Assembly (NCBI GenBank): GCA_030649835.1
Contig: JAUSES010000063.1
Coordinates: 1 to 52,066, forward strand
DNA length: 52,066 bases
Source of the DNA: a bacterium
GTDB taxonomy: Bacteria > Patescibacteriota > Minisyncoccia > Phycocordibacterales > UBA1550
Direction of reading: 5' to 3'
The notes beneath the pieces were generated by a model that saw only the letters and a list, made by a program, of their open reading frames with translations, had not been told where the DNA came from and searched no databases. The number at the start of each line of letters is the position of its first letter. Position 1 is the stretch's first letter. Position numbers and translations under genes: made by a program. This document shows positions 30,601 to 41,026 of the stretch, piece after piece.

Positions 30601-31752
30601 ATGGCTCTCGCAATCGGCATCGTCGGTCTCCCCAACGTGGGCAAGTCGACTCTATTTAACGCATTAACGAAGAAATCCGTCCCAGCGGAGAATTACCCGT
30701 TTTGCACTATTGACCCATCCGTGGGTGTTGTTGCTGTGCCTGACGAGCGCTTACACAAGCTCGCAGACTTTTCAAAAACACAAAAGACAATCCCCGCAGC
30801 GGTGGAGTTTGTGGACATTGCAGGTCTTGTAAAAGGCGCAAGCGAGGGGGAGGGTCTAGGCAATCAGTTTCTTTCAAACATTCGCGAGACGGATGCCATT
30901 GCGGAGGTAGTACGTATTTTTGAAGATGACAATGTGATACATGTGCATGGCAAAGTGGATCCAGTGTCTGATATTGAAACTATTAACCTTGAGCTTATTC
31001 TTGCCGATGAACAAACAGTAACGAAGCGTCTCGTTAACATTGAAAAAGAGGTGAAGAGGGGAGACAAGGCTGCAGGAAAAGAAAAGGAGATCCTCCTGAG
31101 AATCGCAGAGGCATTAGCGCAAGGGAAACTTGCTCACGGAGTCCATTTAACGGAGGAAGAAGCGCCTATGGTGCGGAGTCTGCACCTCCTCACAATGAAA
31201 CCTATTTTGTATGTATTAAATAAAAAAGCTGGCGGAAAAAATTTGGACGAGATTTACCCCGTTAGAGGCCCCGAGGGCTCGCAGGGAGCACCCGCCTCTA
31301 ACGGGGCGGGGGACGTACGATTTGAAAAACTCCTTGAATACCTTAAAACTCTCAAGGCTCATTATGTCATTGTAGATGCAGGTGTGGAGCAGGAGCTCGC
31401 TGCCTTCGAGGGTGAAGAAAAAGAAATGTTCCGTACAGAGCTCGGTTCCAAAAAAGACGGCATCAATGACCTCATCACCAAAGGTTACGAAATGCTTGGT
31501 CTTGAAACATATTTTACAACAGGAGAAAAAGAAACCCGTGCATGGACAATAAAAAAAGGAAGCACCGCGCCGGTAGCAGGTATGGCAATCCACACCGACT
31601 TCAAAGATAAATTCATTCGCGCAGAAGTGATTTTCTGGAAGGACCTGCTCGATGCCGGTTCTTTTGCAAATGCGAAGGAGAAGGGGATGTTGAGGATAGA
31701 AGGGAAGGAGTATGTTGTCCGCGACGGCGATGTGATTGAGTTTAGAGTGTAA
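30601..31752 (+). CDS. ychF: Redox-regulated ATPase YchF
   Basis: [55 protein letters not shown]. Confidence 0.97.
   Translation: MALAIGIVGLPNVGKSTLFNALTKKSVPAENYPFCTIDPSVGVVAVPDERLHKLADFSKTQKTIPAAVEFVDIAGLVKGASEGEGLGNQFLSNIRETDAIAEVVRIFEDDNVIHVHGKVDPVSDIETINLELILADEQTVTKRLVNIEKEVKRGDKAAGKEKEILLRIAEALAQGKLAHGVHLTEEEAPMVRSLHLLTMKPILYVLNKKAGGKNLDEIYPVRGPEGSQGAPASNGAGDVRFEKLLEYLKTLKAHYVIVDAGVEQELAAFEGEEKEMFRTELGSKKDGINDLITKGYEMLGLETYFTTGEKETRAWTIKKGSTAPVAGMAIHTDFKDKFIRAEVIFWKDLLDAGSFANAKEKGMLRIEGKEYVVRDGDVIEFRV
31257..31306. mobile_element. CCCGTTAGA-family element inserted in frame in ychF
   Basis: CCCCGTTAGAGGC/GCCTCTAACGGGG; translated as [16 protein letters not shown]. Confidence 0.85.
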
Positions 31753-31771
31753 GTATTGTATAATCTAGCAC

Positions 31772-32095
31772 ATGAATCGTTCATATTTAATAGGTGGCTT
31801 GTTTATTGTTGTTTATGTGTATTGGATGACAATTGGAGGAACGATTTTTGTTTTGTTCGGGAGGTGTATGATTATTTCTGGGATCGTCTATTTTTTGTGT
31901 TCATTTAGTTCTGCATTTTCTAATAATTACATAAAAACTTCATTAGGTTTGAATTTGGTCTACCTTATTACTTTACCCATTCTTATTTTTCTTGTTAATA
32001 TTAACCAACTAGTTCTTTTTAGCTCGGCTCTCCTATTCATCGGAATCATCAAAGGTTTTTTTAATTTATCAAAACCACACAGTATTGTTTCATAA
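31772..32095 (+). CDS. Hypothetical membrane protein
   Basis: About 4 hydrophobic segments; TATAAT just upstream. Confidence 0.55.
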   Translation: MNRSYLIGGLFIVVYVYWMTIGGTIFVLFGRCMIISGIVYFLCSFSSAFSNNYIKTSLGLNLVYLITLPILIFLVNINQLVLFSSALLFIGIIKGFFNLSKPHSIVS

Positions 32096-32131
32096 ATTTG
32101 ACAAACGGCACACTTTTGATACACTAACTAC

Positions 32132-32356
32132 ATGACTACCACAAAACGAAGATTGAACATAACACTTGCGCCTGAGGTTGAAAAAATCATAACCGCGATT
32201 GCGAAGCGTGACCGCGTGCCCGAAGCGACTAAAATCAGTGAGCTTTTGAACATATCGCTCGCCATGGAGGAAGACAGAGCCTTTTCTTTACTTGGAGAGA
32301 GTAGATTAAAGGATAAAGGTAAAATGCTCACTCACGCCCAAGTGTGGGGTAAATAG
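32132..32356 (+). CDS. Putative antitoxin (RHH-like)
   Basis: KRRLNITL beta strand; C-terminal LTHAQVW; directly upstream of relE. Confidence 0.75.
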   Translation: MTTTKRRLNITLAPEVEKIITAIAKRDRVPEATKISELLNISLAMEEDRAFSLLGESRLKDKGKMLTHAQVWGK

Positions 32357-32359
32357 AAT

Positions 32360-32629
32360 ATGTTCGAAATATCCTACCATAAAAAAGTAGCAGATGATGT
32401 TTCTGTTATTTCGTTATCGAACAAAAATGCGATAAGAAAGGCAATAGAAGAAAGGCTCACGACTGCCCCAGAATTTTTCGGCAAACCCCTCCAGTTTTCA
32501 TTGTCAGGGCTTCGAAGTTTACGGATGGGGGATTATCGTGTTATTTTTCAAATAAAGAAAAAAGAAGTGTTTATATTTTTGATCTCCCATCGATCTGTGG
32601 TGTATAAGTTGATAAATAATCGAATCTAG
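32360..32629 (+). CDS. RelE/ParE-family toxin
   Basis: FGKPL..SLSGLRSLRMGDYRVIF..ISHRSVVY. Confidence 0.88.
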   Translation: MFEISYHKKVADDVSVISLSNKNAIRKAIEERLTTAPEFFGKPLQFSLSGLRSLRMGDYRVIFQIKKKEVFIFLISHRSVVYKLINNRI

Positions 32630-32727
32630 TAAAATAAAAAACTGTACAAACACATCGTATCTGGCACAATTTTAGACACGGAGGGTTAGACAAAAATAGT
32701 TAGTGACATGATATAATAATTCAATAC

Positions 32728-33354
32728 ATGGAATATTTAGCGTTAATTGGTACAGTAACTATGGTTCACTTATTGGCGGTTATAAGCCCAGGGCCTGATT
32801 TTATTATTGCTGTAAAAAATTCCCTTTCATATTCACGAAAAACAGGAATATGGACATCCGTTGGATTTGCAATGGGTATTTCTGTACATATTTTCTATTG
32901 CGTTGCTGGACTAGCGGTTCTTATTTCACAGTCAATTTTGCTGTTCAATATTATAAAATTAATTGGAGCGGGATACTTAATTTACCTTGGTGTAAAAGCC
33001 GTTCTTTCAAAATCAACAAAAATTGAGATTGAATCCCTAAAACAAAAAAATGATATATCAGCACTTGAGGCAGTCAAAATTGGGTTTCTTACAAACGTGC
33101 TCAACCCAAAAGCAACCTTGTTTTTCTTGAGTTTGTTTACGCTCGTAATTTCTCCAAATGTACCAAAAGTTGTACTTGTAGTTTTAAGCATAATAATGAT
33201 CGTAAATACTGCAATTTGGTTTTCTTTGGTAGCACTATTTTTCACCCAAAAGAAAGTGGTTTCTGTTTTTAGCAAGTTTCAAGGTATTTTTAATAAAATT
33301 TTTGGGAGTCTTTTAATTGCCCTAGGGATAAAAATAGCACTTAGTCAGAAATAA
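32728..33354 (+). CDS. LysE/RhtB family translocator
   Basis: ISPGPDF, GAGYLIYLG, GFLTNVLNPKA. Confidence 0.92.
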   Translation: MEYLALIGTVTMVHLLAVISPGPDFIIAVKNSLSYSRKTGIWTSVGFAMGISVHIFYCVAGLAVLISQSILLFNIIKLIGAGYLIYLGVKAVLSKSTKIEIESLKQKNDISALEAVKIGFLTNVLNPKATLFFLSLFTLVISPNVPKVVLVVLSIIMIVNTAIWFSLVALFFTQKKVVSVFSKFQGIFNKIFGSLLIALGIKIALSQK

Positions 33355-33407
33355 TTTAAAACCTAAACAGATTGTAGGTTTTTAAATAAGGTGATAGGGT
33401 TTAGGAA

Positions 33408-33683
33408 ATGAACAGCAAGGAAATTTTAAAATCTGAAGGGTTTGCTAATGTGTATGAATGGCACGATGAACCCAATGTTGAGTATTCGAAGCACGAACAC
33501 AAGGGCAAGGTTACGATTTTTGTCATAAAAGGTGACGTGACTTTTATCTTTAAAAATGGGGAGGAAAAGATAATATGCTCAGGCGAGCGCCTCGATGTTC
33601 CTATTGGGATTGAGCACTCCGCGATTATTGGGCCTAAGGGGTGCGATTATGTTGTCGGTGAAATGATAAAAGGAGATTCATAG
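33408..33683 (+). CDS. Cupin-fold protein
   Basis: HEH...V..G and GERLDVP.G.EHSA motifs. Confidence 0.8.
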   Translation: MNSKEILKSEGFANVYEWHDEPNVEYSKHEHKGKVTIFVIKGDVTFIFKNGEEKIICSGERLDVPIGIEHSAIIGPKGCDYVVGEMIKGDS

Positions 33684-33707
33684 GTCATGAAATCAGGAAG
33701 GTCCTTT

Positions 33708-33751
33708 AAAGTAGCAGCCCCTTATTTGCATAAATAAGGGGCTGCTACTTT
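33708..33751. terminator. Bidirectional terminator-like hairpin
   Basis: 20-bp perfect arms AAAGTAGCAGCCCCTTATTT/AAATAAGGGGCTGCTACTTT between convergent genes. Confidence 0.75.
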
Positions 33752-33866
33752 CCTCAGAGCGAGGTAAATTGTTTTTTATGGGGTTGTGAGTGTGTCGACA
33801 CGAACACTTCAGGCTTTTTTAAGCTTCAAAAAAGTCGTACCATAAAAAAGATTTAGCGAGCGGTAT

Positions 33867-35141
33867 TTACTTCCTCACAAACGCTTCTCTAGGCGACAGT
33901 TTTGAGGCGTTGCGCGCTGGCCAGTAGCCGGAGATGAGGCCGATGCAGGAGGAGAGTACGAGTGTCGCTACCGCAAACCACACGGGGGTAATGAAAAGCG
34001 TGAGCGCCTTGCTCCCGTGGCTTTGAGAAAGGGTGCTCATGGCAAAGTTGATAATGGACCCCGTGCCAATACCTAGCGTGATGCCAGAAATTCCCCCAAG
34101 AAAACCAATCATAAAGGACTCCATAAGAAAAAGATTTTGCACATCGCCGTCTGTGGCGCCGAGGGACTTCATTACGCCCACTTCGTAAATACGCTCAAGG
34201 AACCCCACGATCATGGTGTTGAACATACCGATAGCAGACACAATGAGCGCTGCAGTACCAAACACGAGGAGTACGGTGGTGATGGCGTTGGTGATTTTTT
34301 TCGCATCGCGCACGAGCTGTGCCTTTGCGCTCACAATAAAACCAAACTCGCTTCCTTCGCCACCGAGCGTTTCGGTGAGCACGTCCACGTCGTCGGGGGT
34401 TGCCGCCCTGATCAACATATTTCTAAAAAGCGTGGGCTCTTTTGGTACGGCAGAGTAGGGGAGATAAATAAGCGGAGGTTCCTTTTCGTCGGTAAGAATT
34501 CCTGAGATTAAAATTTTTGAAACTAAGACCTCTTCCGTAGTACCATCTATTTTGGGGTAGTATACTTTTCCACTCACTTCTTTTCCAATGAGGCTCGCGC
34601 GTGGGGTACTGCTTGCGATGCCAAATATTTGAAGCGCTTGCTCAGAAACTATCACCCCAGGCGCCTCTGCGGTAAATACATTTCCAATGTCAGGAGTGAG
34701 GCCTGAAAATTTAAAATACGATGGTTGTACTATTTTTGTATCAATGATTCCCGGAGTCTGTTTGCCATAAGATATTTCACCTGAGTACTCTGCAATAGGC
34801 GTGAGTGCATCTACCCCCGGCAAGGCTTTTATTTTTGCAATCGTTTCTGTATCAATGAGTTTTTTGCTTTCAGGAGTGTAGGAAACATCGAGAGTCAAAA
34901 GTGCGGACTCACCTGAGGTAAGGTTGCCTACCAAAAGGTTTTGAAGTCCGTAGCCGAGCGACACGAGAAAAACAACGGTGCCGATACCCACCGACATACC
35001 GAGCACGGTCAAAATAGTACGCGTAGGTTTAGTGCGAAAAACGCGGAGCGAAAGTTTGAGGAGGTCCCATGCCGAAAGACTATGGTCGGTCTTTACTTCC
35101 AGTTTTTTAGGTGCAGAATAATTGTTTGGGGGTTGTTCCAT
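33867..35141 (-). CDS. ABC transporter permease (MacB/FtsX family)
   Basis: RTILTVLGMSVGIG, FLERIYEVGVMKSLGA, PARNASKLSP. Confidence 0.92.
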   Translation of the reverse strand: MEQPPNNYSAPKKLEVKTDHSLSAWDLLKLSLRVFRTKPTRTILTVLGMSVGIGTVVFLVSLGYGLQNLLVGNLTSGESALLTLDVSYTPESKKLIDTETIAKIKALPGVDALTPIAEYSGEISYGKQTPGIIDTKIVQPSYFKFSGLTPDIGNVFTAEAPGVIVSEQALQIFGIASSTPRASLIGKEVSGKVYYPKIDGTTEEVLVSKILISGILTDEKEPPLIYLPYSAVPKEPTLFRNMLIRAATPDDVDVLTETLGGEGSEFGFIVSAKAQLVRDAKKITNAITTVLLVFGTAALIVSAIGMFNTMIVGFLERIYEVGVMKSLGATDGDVQNLFLMESFMIGFLGGISGITLGIGTGSIINFAMSTLSQSHGSKALTLFITPVWFAVATLVLSSCIGLISGYWPARNASKLSPREAFVRK

Positions 35142-35152
35142 TTTTTATATTT

Positions 35153-36454
35153 CTAATGAAAAACTTGATAGTGCTTTCCAGTGAGCATCGCCTCAAGGCG
35201 CTCCGAGGCAGTCCGCACGGTGCCAGAGGCAAGCCCGACACCGAAGCTTGAGCGCGAAAGCTCCAGCACCTGAATGAAATTTTCAGGGCTAATGATATTT
35301 CGGAAACGGTCTTCTACGGCCTCATCAAAGCGAACAATTTGTATGTCAGAAAGCACACCACGGTAGTCTTCCAAAAGCCACGAACGGATTTTTGCCACTT
35401 CTTCAGCAAGGGGAGTCTCGGGATCTTTTTCAAGCTCTTTGTAAAGGTCTTCAATTTCTTTTCGTTTCTCCACAAGGTCTTCTACGGTGAGCGCTATCTT
35501 GTTGGCGCGCTGTTTCCAGAGCCCTACACCACCATCCTTAAACGGGCTGTCGAGAAAATCAATAAATGTCGGTGTATCAATCTCCCCTGAAAGTCGTTTG
35601 GACAGAAATAGCTCAAATCGTTTTATTTCCTTGCCTGAAAACCCACGCATGAGCATGTAGGAGAGCGAGCGTGCCATGAGGCGCTCAGGAGTGACTTCGG
35701 GGAATAGGTTGTGGTAGAGATGCTCGGAAAGTGTTTTTTGAACCGCTTCCTTTTTTGCGGACTCTTCTTTTTTTATCATCTCTCCGTCTTTTAAATAAAA
35801 AATAGTTTTTGCATCACGAAGGCTCCATGACTCGTGTGTAACCATAATGATAGTGCGCCCATCTTTTTCGTTGAGTTCTTTCAAAAACTCAAGCGCCTTG
35901 TTTGCGTTTTCTGAGTCGAGGTTACCCAGTGGCTCATCTGCGATGATAAGTGGCGGATTGTTGGCAAGCGCGCGGGCGATACTCACGCGCTGTTGTTGTC
36001 CACCAGAAAGCTCTGAGGGGAAACGCTCCGCATACTTTGTCATATTAAATCGATCAAGAAGTTTCATCGCTTCTTTCCTTCGTCGCTCCACAGTGATACC
36101 GAGAAATGCCATCGGCAAAGCCACGTTGTCGAGGACGGAAAGTGAAGGGAGGAGGTTGAACTGTTGAAAAATAATTCCCACACCGATTTGGCGATACACC
36201 GCGAGTTCTTTTTTTGAAAGTCCACGCAAGTCGCGGTTGTTGATGAGGATGTGCCCTTCGTCAGCGTTTTCGGTTTCGATACCGCCAATCAAATACGTGA
36301 GTGTCGTCTTGCCACAGCCCGATGGTCCAAAAAATGCCGCATAGCCCCCGCGCTCAATTTCAAGATTAATATTTTTAAGTGCATGCACCTCCGACGGCAA
36401 CCCGCGGTTGTAGTAGAAGTTGATGTTTTCAAGTTTTACAAGGGGGGTAGGCAT
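35153..36454 (-). CDS. ABC transporter ATP-binding protein (LolD/MacB-like) with a ~200-aa C-terminal extension
   Basis: GPSGCGKTT, LSGGQQQRV, IIADEP, VTH. Confidence 0.92.
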   Translation of the reverse strand: MPTPLVKLENINFYYNRGLPSEVHALKNINLEIERGGYAAFFGPSGCGKTTLTYLIGGIETENADEGHILINNRDLRGLSKKELAVYRQIGVGIIFQQFNLLPSLSVLDNVALPMAFLGITVERRRKEAMKLLDRFNMTKYAERFPSELSGGQQQRVSIARALANNPPLIIADEPLGNLDSENANKALEFLKELNEKDGRTIIMVTHESWSLRDAKTIFYLKDGEMIKKEESAKKEAVQKTLSEHLYHNLFPEVTPERLMARSLSYMLMRGFSGKEIKRFELFLSKRLSGEIDTPTFIDFLDSPFKDGGVGLWKQRANKIALTVEDLVEKRKEIEDLYKELEKDPETPLAEEVAKIRSWLLEDYRGVLSDIQIVRFDEAVEDRFRNIISPENFIQVLELSRSSFGVGLASGTVRTASERLEAMLTGKHYQVFH

Positions 36455-36465
36455 GATTTTATATC

Positions 36466-36888
36466 TTACGAATTATCGAACGAACGAATAATATCGATAA
36501 TGTCTTGTGGCATGTTCTCACCTTTTTTGAGGTACATTTCAGCACCAAGTTCAAGCGCTTGAGTACGGTACTCGTCTTCGTTGTAGCCTGAAAAAACAAT
36601 CACTCGGATTGCTTGTGTCGCTGGTGTTTCTTTTAGACGCTTAAGAAGCGAAAACCCCGCCTCCGCGCTTGTTTCTATTTTTCCATCTTTTTCAAACGGC
36701 ATGACGAGTCCAGTAAAAATAATATCGGGCTTCGTTGCAGGATTTTCAATAAACACAAACGCCTCACGCATGTTCCCCACTGTGGTCAGTGCGTATTTGT
36801 CATCAAGTCCGTGGAGCCAGAACACATTTGAAAACATGAGACGCACAATTTCGTTGTCGTCGATGAGGAGTATCTTCTTTTTCTGCAT
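36466..36888 (-). CDS. Stand-alone receiver-domain protein, phospho-acceptor Asp replaced by Gly
   Basis: ILLIDD..PDIIFTGLVMP..VIVFSG..ALELGAEMYLKK; SD AGGAG upstream. Confidence 0.8.
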   Translation of the reverse strand: MQKKKILLIDDNEIVRLMFSNVFWLHGLDDKYALTTVGNMREAFVFIENPATKPDIIFTGLVMPFEKDGKIETSAEAGFSLLKRLKETPATQAIRVIVFSGYNEDEYRTQALELGAEMYLKKGENMPQDIIDIIRSFDNS

Positions 36889-36978
36889 TTCCATTGCTCC
36901 TATTCTATCATAGAGTAGTCGTGTCATGGAAGCAGTATAGAGCTTGCGCTGAAAAAGTGCGCAAGGTACAATTACATA

Positions 36979-37968
36979 ATGGAAACAACAGAAAAATTGA
37001 AAACAACCCCAAAAGACTTTTTTATTCATTTAGGTGTCTTGGTGGCGCTGTATATAAGCGTGGTAAGCATTCTGACCCTCATCTTTAGTATCATTGATCA
37101 AGTTTATCCAAAAGAGTTCGGCTACACCGACCCGTATGCTGGTGGGGTAAGCCTCGCCATGGCGATGCTTATCGTGGCATTTCCACTTTGTGTGCTTTTT
37201 ACTCGCGCACTTTCAAAAGAAGAGATGATTGTTCCCGAGAAGCGCAACCTATGGGCGCGCAAAGCGATTACCTACTGTACGCTCTTTATTGCAATAGTCG
37301 TGGTAGCAATTGACCTCATCGTGCTCCTCAATAGTTTTTTCTCTGGGGAAGAGATCACGCTGTCGTTTGCGCTTAAGGTTCTTTTTATCATTTTAGTAAT
37401 TGGGTCGGTGGCGGGTTACTATCTGTATGATCTTCGTCGTAAACCAGATGACGATGGAGAGCGCGTGCAGAGGTGGTATGCGTATGGTTCAGCTGTCGCT
37501 ATTGTTGTCGCATTTTCGTTTGGTTTTTATGTGATGGGCTCACCTGCATCTCAAAAACAAAAACGATACGATACAGAGCGCATTTCTAGTTTGCAGACGA
37601 TTCAATATCAAATTATTTCCTACTGGCAAGCAAAGCGAAAACTTCCGGCAACGCTCGATGAAATGAATGACCCCTTGAGTGGTGTCGTGGTTCCGCGTGA
37701 TCCTAAAACGCAAACACCTTATGACTACATCACAAAAGGAAAGCTTTCATTTCAGCTTTGTGCAAATTTTGAAAGAGACATGATGAATACCTCCACGTAT
37801 GATAGTGGCATGACCATGCGCACGCCATATCCCTACAAGGGTGGAGTTAACGAAAACTGGCAGCACGGTATCGGAAGAGTGTGCTTTGACCGCACCATTG
37901 ATCCTGAATTTTATCCTCCAGCTAATCTAATAGAAAAACCAGTTCCATCTCCCGCGTTTATTCAGTAA
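36979..37968 (+). CDS. DUF5671-like membrane protein with a C-terminal pseudopilin-like domain
   Basis: PKDFFIHL..ALY, 5 TM segments, GSP..QK..YD..R..L..I, LP.TL, DP.T..PY.Y, LCANF. Confidence 0.7.
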   Translation: METTEKLKTTPKDFFIHLGVLVALYISVVSILTLIFSIIDQVYPKEFGYTDPYAGGVSLAMAMLIVAFPLCVLFTRALSKEEMIVPEKRNLWARKAITYCTLFIAIVVVAIDLIVLLNSFFSGEEITLSFALKVLFIILVIGSVAGYYLYDLRRKPDDDGERVQRWYAYGSAVAIVVAFSFGFYVMGSPASQKQKRYDTERISSLQTIQYQIISYWQAKRKLPATLDEMNDPLSGVVVPRDPKTQTPYDYITKGKLSFQLCANFERDMMNTSTYDSGMTMRTPYPYKGGVNENWQHGIGRVCFDRTIDPEFYPPANLIEKPVPSPAFIQ

Positions 37969-37990
37969 ATTAACTTCAGAAGTCGTTCCG

Positions 37991-38063
37991 CGTCTTTGCG
38001 AGGAGGCACGACGAAGCAATCCAGAATTAACCCATGGATTGCTTCGCTATCGCTCGCAAAGAC
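37991..38063 (+). repeat. CGTC-tagged palindromic repeat dimer
   Basis: CGTCTTTGCGAGGAGGCACGACGAAGCAATCC...GGATTGCTTCGCTATCGCTCGCAAAGAC. Confidence 0.85.
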
Positions 38064-38165
38064 TCATAGACTCTTTCGTGCCCCACCGCACCCTCTTTTA
38101 ATAGCGCTAGTAAAGAACGATTTTCAAACCCCCGCCTTTGCTCAAAGGCGGGGGTTTGTTACAAT

Positions 38166-41000
38166 ATGTCAATGACTGAAAAGTACGACCATAAAGATAT
38201 TGAAAAAAAGTGGCAAGACACTTGGGAAAAGTCGGGAATGTATCATTCCAATAATACCTCGAGTAAACCTAAAAAATACGTTCTTGATATGTTTCCCTAT
38301 CCCTCGGGGGAGGGACTCCATGTGGGACATCCAAAAGGCTACATTGCAACAGACATATATTCGCGTATGAAGCGGATGCAGGGGTTTAACGTGCTTCATC
38401 CAATGGGCTGGGATGCGTTTGGTTTGCCTGCAGAACAGTATGCAATTAAAAATAAGGTGCATCCGAGTATTGCTGTTGCGAAAAATGTGGCGCACTACAA
38501 GGAGCAGCTCTCAGATATTGGGTTTGATTATGACTGGTCCCGTGAGGTAAACACCACCGACCCCGCATTTTATAAATGGACACAGTGGATATTTTTGAAA
38601 ATGTTTGAAAAGGGGCTTGCGTATGAATCGTATGAGCCCATCAACTGGTGCCCTTCATGTCAGACTGGACTTGCAAATGAGGACCTCGAGGACGGCAAAT
38701 GCGAGCGTTGTGGCACCGTAGTTGAGAAAAAACCAATGCGTCAGTGGGTGCTTCGCATTACCAAATACGCAGACAGAATGCTTGAGGATTTGGATGCGCT
38801 TGATTGGCCCGTATCAATAAAAGAGTCTCAGAAAAACTGGATTGGGCGAAGCGAGGGAGCGGAGATTGATTTTAAAGTTAAGAATAGCGACAAAATAATC
38901 ACGGTGTTCACAACTCGCCCCGATACACTTTTTGGTGCGGCGTACTGCGTGCTTGCGCCGGAACTTGTTGAGAATGGAGAATGGGGAATGGAGAACGAGG
39001 AGGAAGTCAGGGAATACTTGAAACAGGTAAAGCAAAAGACCGATATAGAACGCACCGCAGAAGGTCGCGAGAAAACAGGTGTGAAGCTTGAGGGAGTGAG
39101 CGTTATCAACCCCGCAAATGGCGAGGAGCTTCCGCTCTATGTTGCAGATTATGTTTTGGGTGGCTACGGCACCGGAGCCGTGATGGCCGTCCCCGCGCAC
39201 GACGAGCGCGATTTTGAATTTGCGAAGAAGTTCGGATTGCCAATTAAGTATGTGGTTGCTCCCAGGATAATTGGAGAAGGAGAACGTGCATATAGACCAA
39301 ATTTTGAAACATTAAAACGCAAAGTTACAAATGTTATCCTTGAAAATGATAAGGGGCAGTTTCTTCTACTTATAGAGAACAAGAAAGATTTTCATTTCAT
39401 TGGCGGAGGAATTGAAGATGGAGATACAGATATTGAAACTGTTCATAAGGAAACTAAAGAAGAAAGTGGATACACGGAAATAGAAATAATTGGAGATAAA
39501 TTTAACCCAGTTTCTACACTTTCGTTTAGGACCCCAAAACAAAAAAATCAAGACATTATTGGATTTTTTTATTACGCGAAATTGAAATCTGATAATAAGA
39601 TCTTTTGCGAGGTTGATGAAGGGAAACATGAAATAGGATGGTATGACAAGGATCAAATTGCAGATTTGATAAATTCGAGAACCCATAAAACAGCATGGCT
39701 TAACTTTCTAAGTGGCAGAAATCAAATTTTCACTGGGGAGGGAGACTTGGTTGATTCTGCGCAATTTGATCGGCTTTCCAGCGAAGAAGCCAAAAAGAAA
39801 ATTACTGATTTTGTAAAGGGGCGATGGGTGACGAAATATAGATTGAAGGATTGGGTGTTTTCCCGCCAGCGATACTGGGGAGAGCCAATCCCCCTTATTC
39901 ATTGTGAAAAATGTGGAGTTGTTCCTGTACCTGAAAAAGATTTGCCCGTTATGCTTCCTGAGGTAGAGTCGTATGAGCCGACAGGCACGGGTGAGTCGCC
40001 CCTCGCGGATATTTCAGAGTGGGTAAATACAAAGTGCCCAGTGTGTGGAGGTGCAGGCAAACGCGAGACGAACACTATGCCTCAGTGGGCGGGGTCATCT
40101 TGGTATTACCTGCGATATATGGATCCGAAAAATACTGCATCGCTCGTGGACAAGGATAAAGAAAAATATTGGTCGCCGGTTGATATGTATGTAGGTGGAG
40201 CAGAGCATGCGACACGCCATCTTATCTACGCTCGCTTCTACCACAAGTTTTTGTATGACATTGGAGTAGTGAATTATGAAGAGCCATTCATTCGTCTTCA
40301 GAATGTGGGACTCATCATGGCAGAGGACGGTCGCAAAATGAGCAAGAGGTGGGGGAACGTGGTGAACCCTGATGATATTGTTTCAGAATATGGAGCAGAT
40401 ACACTTCGTCTCTACGAAATGTTCATGGGCCCATTTGGACAGGCGGTCGCATGGAGTACAAAAAGCATTGTTGGCCCACGACGTTTTCTTGAGCGTGTGT
40501 GGAAGATGAGAGATAAAGTGAATGAAAGTCACGATTCTAAAGCAGAGGCGGTACTCCACAGGACAATAAAAAAAGTTGGTGATGATATTGAGACGTTCGG
40601 TTTCAATACGGCTATTTCCTCGCTCATGATTCTTTTGAATGAGTTGGAAAAACAAGAAGGTGCTACCAAGAAAGATTACGAAACATTTCTCATTCTCCTC
40701 GCACCATTTGCTCCGCACATCACGGAGGAGCTTTGGCGCGAGATTGGAAACAAAGAATCAATTCATCTTGCTCTGTGGCCTACGTATGATGCATCAAAAT
40801 GCGTAGTAAAGGAGATTACTATTGCAATACAGGTAAGTGGGAAGCTCCGTGATTCAATAATAGTGAAAGCTGATGAAGAAGAAGACACAATAAAGGCTCT
40901 CGCCATAGCTCGACCGGATATTGTGAAATGGGTAGCAGGAAAAGAAATTAAGAAAATAATTGTAGTAAAAGGGAGACTTCTGAATATTGTCGTGCTTTGA
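38166..41000 (+). CDS. leuS: Leucine--tRNA ligase with a NUDIX domain inserted in the editing domain
   Basis: MFPYPSG.GLHVGH, FTTRPDT, MAVPAHDERD, SRQRYWG, KMSKR. Confidence 0.97.
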   Translation: MSMTEKYDHKDIEKKWQDTWEKSGMYHSNNTSSKPKKYVLDMFPYPSGEGLHVGHPKGYIATDIYSRMKRMQGFNVLHPMGWDAFGLPAEQYAIKNKVHPSIAVAKNVAHYKEQLSDIGFDYDWSREVNTTDPAFYKWTQWIFLKMFEKGLAYESYEPINWCPSCQTGLANEDLEDGKCERCGTVVEKKPMRQWVLRITKYADRMLEDLDALDWPVSIKESQKNWIGRSEGAEIDFKVKNSDKIITVFTTRPDTLFGAAYCVLAPELVENGEWGMENEEEVREYLKQVKQKTDIERTAEGREKTGVKLEGVSVINPANGEELPLYVADYVLGGYGTGAVMAVPAHDERDFEFAKKFGLPIKYVVAPRIIGEGERAYRPNFETLKRKVTNVILENDKGQFLLLIENKKDFHFIGGGIEDGDTDIETVHKETKEESGYTEIEIIGDKFNPVSTLSFRTPKQKNQDIIGFFYYAKLKSDNKIFCEVDEGKHEIGWYDKDQIADLINSRTHKTAWLNFLSGRNQIFTGEGDLVDSAQFDRLSSEEAKKKITDFVKGRWVTKYRLKDWVFSRQRYWGEPIPLIHCEKCGVVPVPEKDLPVMLPEVESYEPTGTGESPLADISEWVNTKCPVCGGAGKRETNTMPQWAGSSWYYLRYMDPKNTASLVDKDKEKYWSPVDMYVGGAEHATRHLIYARFYHKFLYDIGVVNYEEPFIRLQNVGLIMAEDGRKMSKRWGNVVNPDDIVSEYGADTLRLYEMFMGPFGQAVAWSTKSIVGPRRFLERVWKMRDKVNESHDSKAEAVLHRTIKKVGDDIETFGFNTAISSLMILLNELEKQEGATKKDYETFLILLAPFAPHITEELWREIGNKESIHLALWPTYDASKCVVKEITIAIQVSGKLRDSIIVKADEEEDTIKALAIARPDIVKWVAGKEIKKIIVVKGRLLNIVVL

Positions 41001-41026
41001 ATTGAGAAACTGCCGTATTCTCGCCT

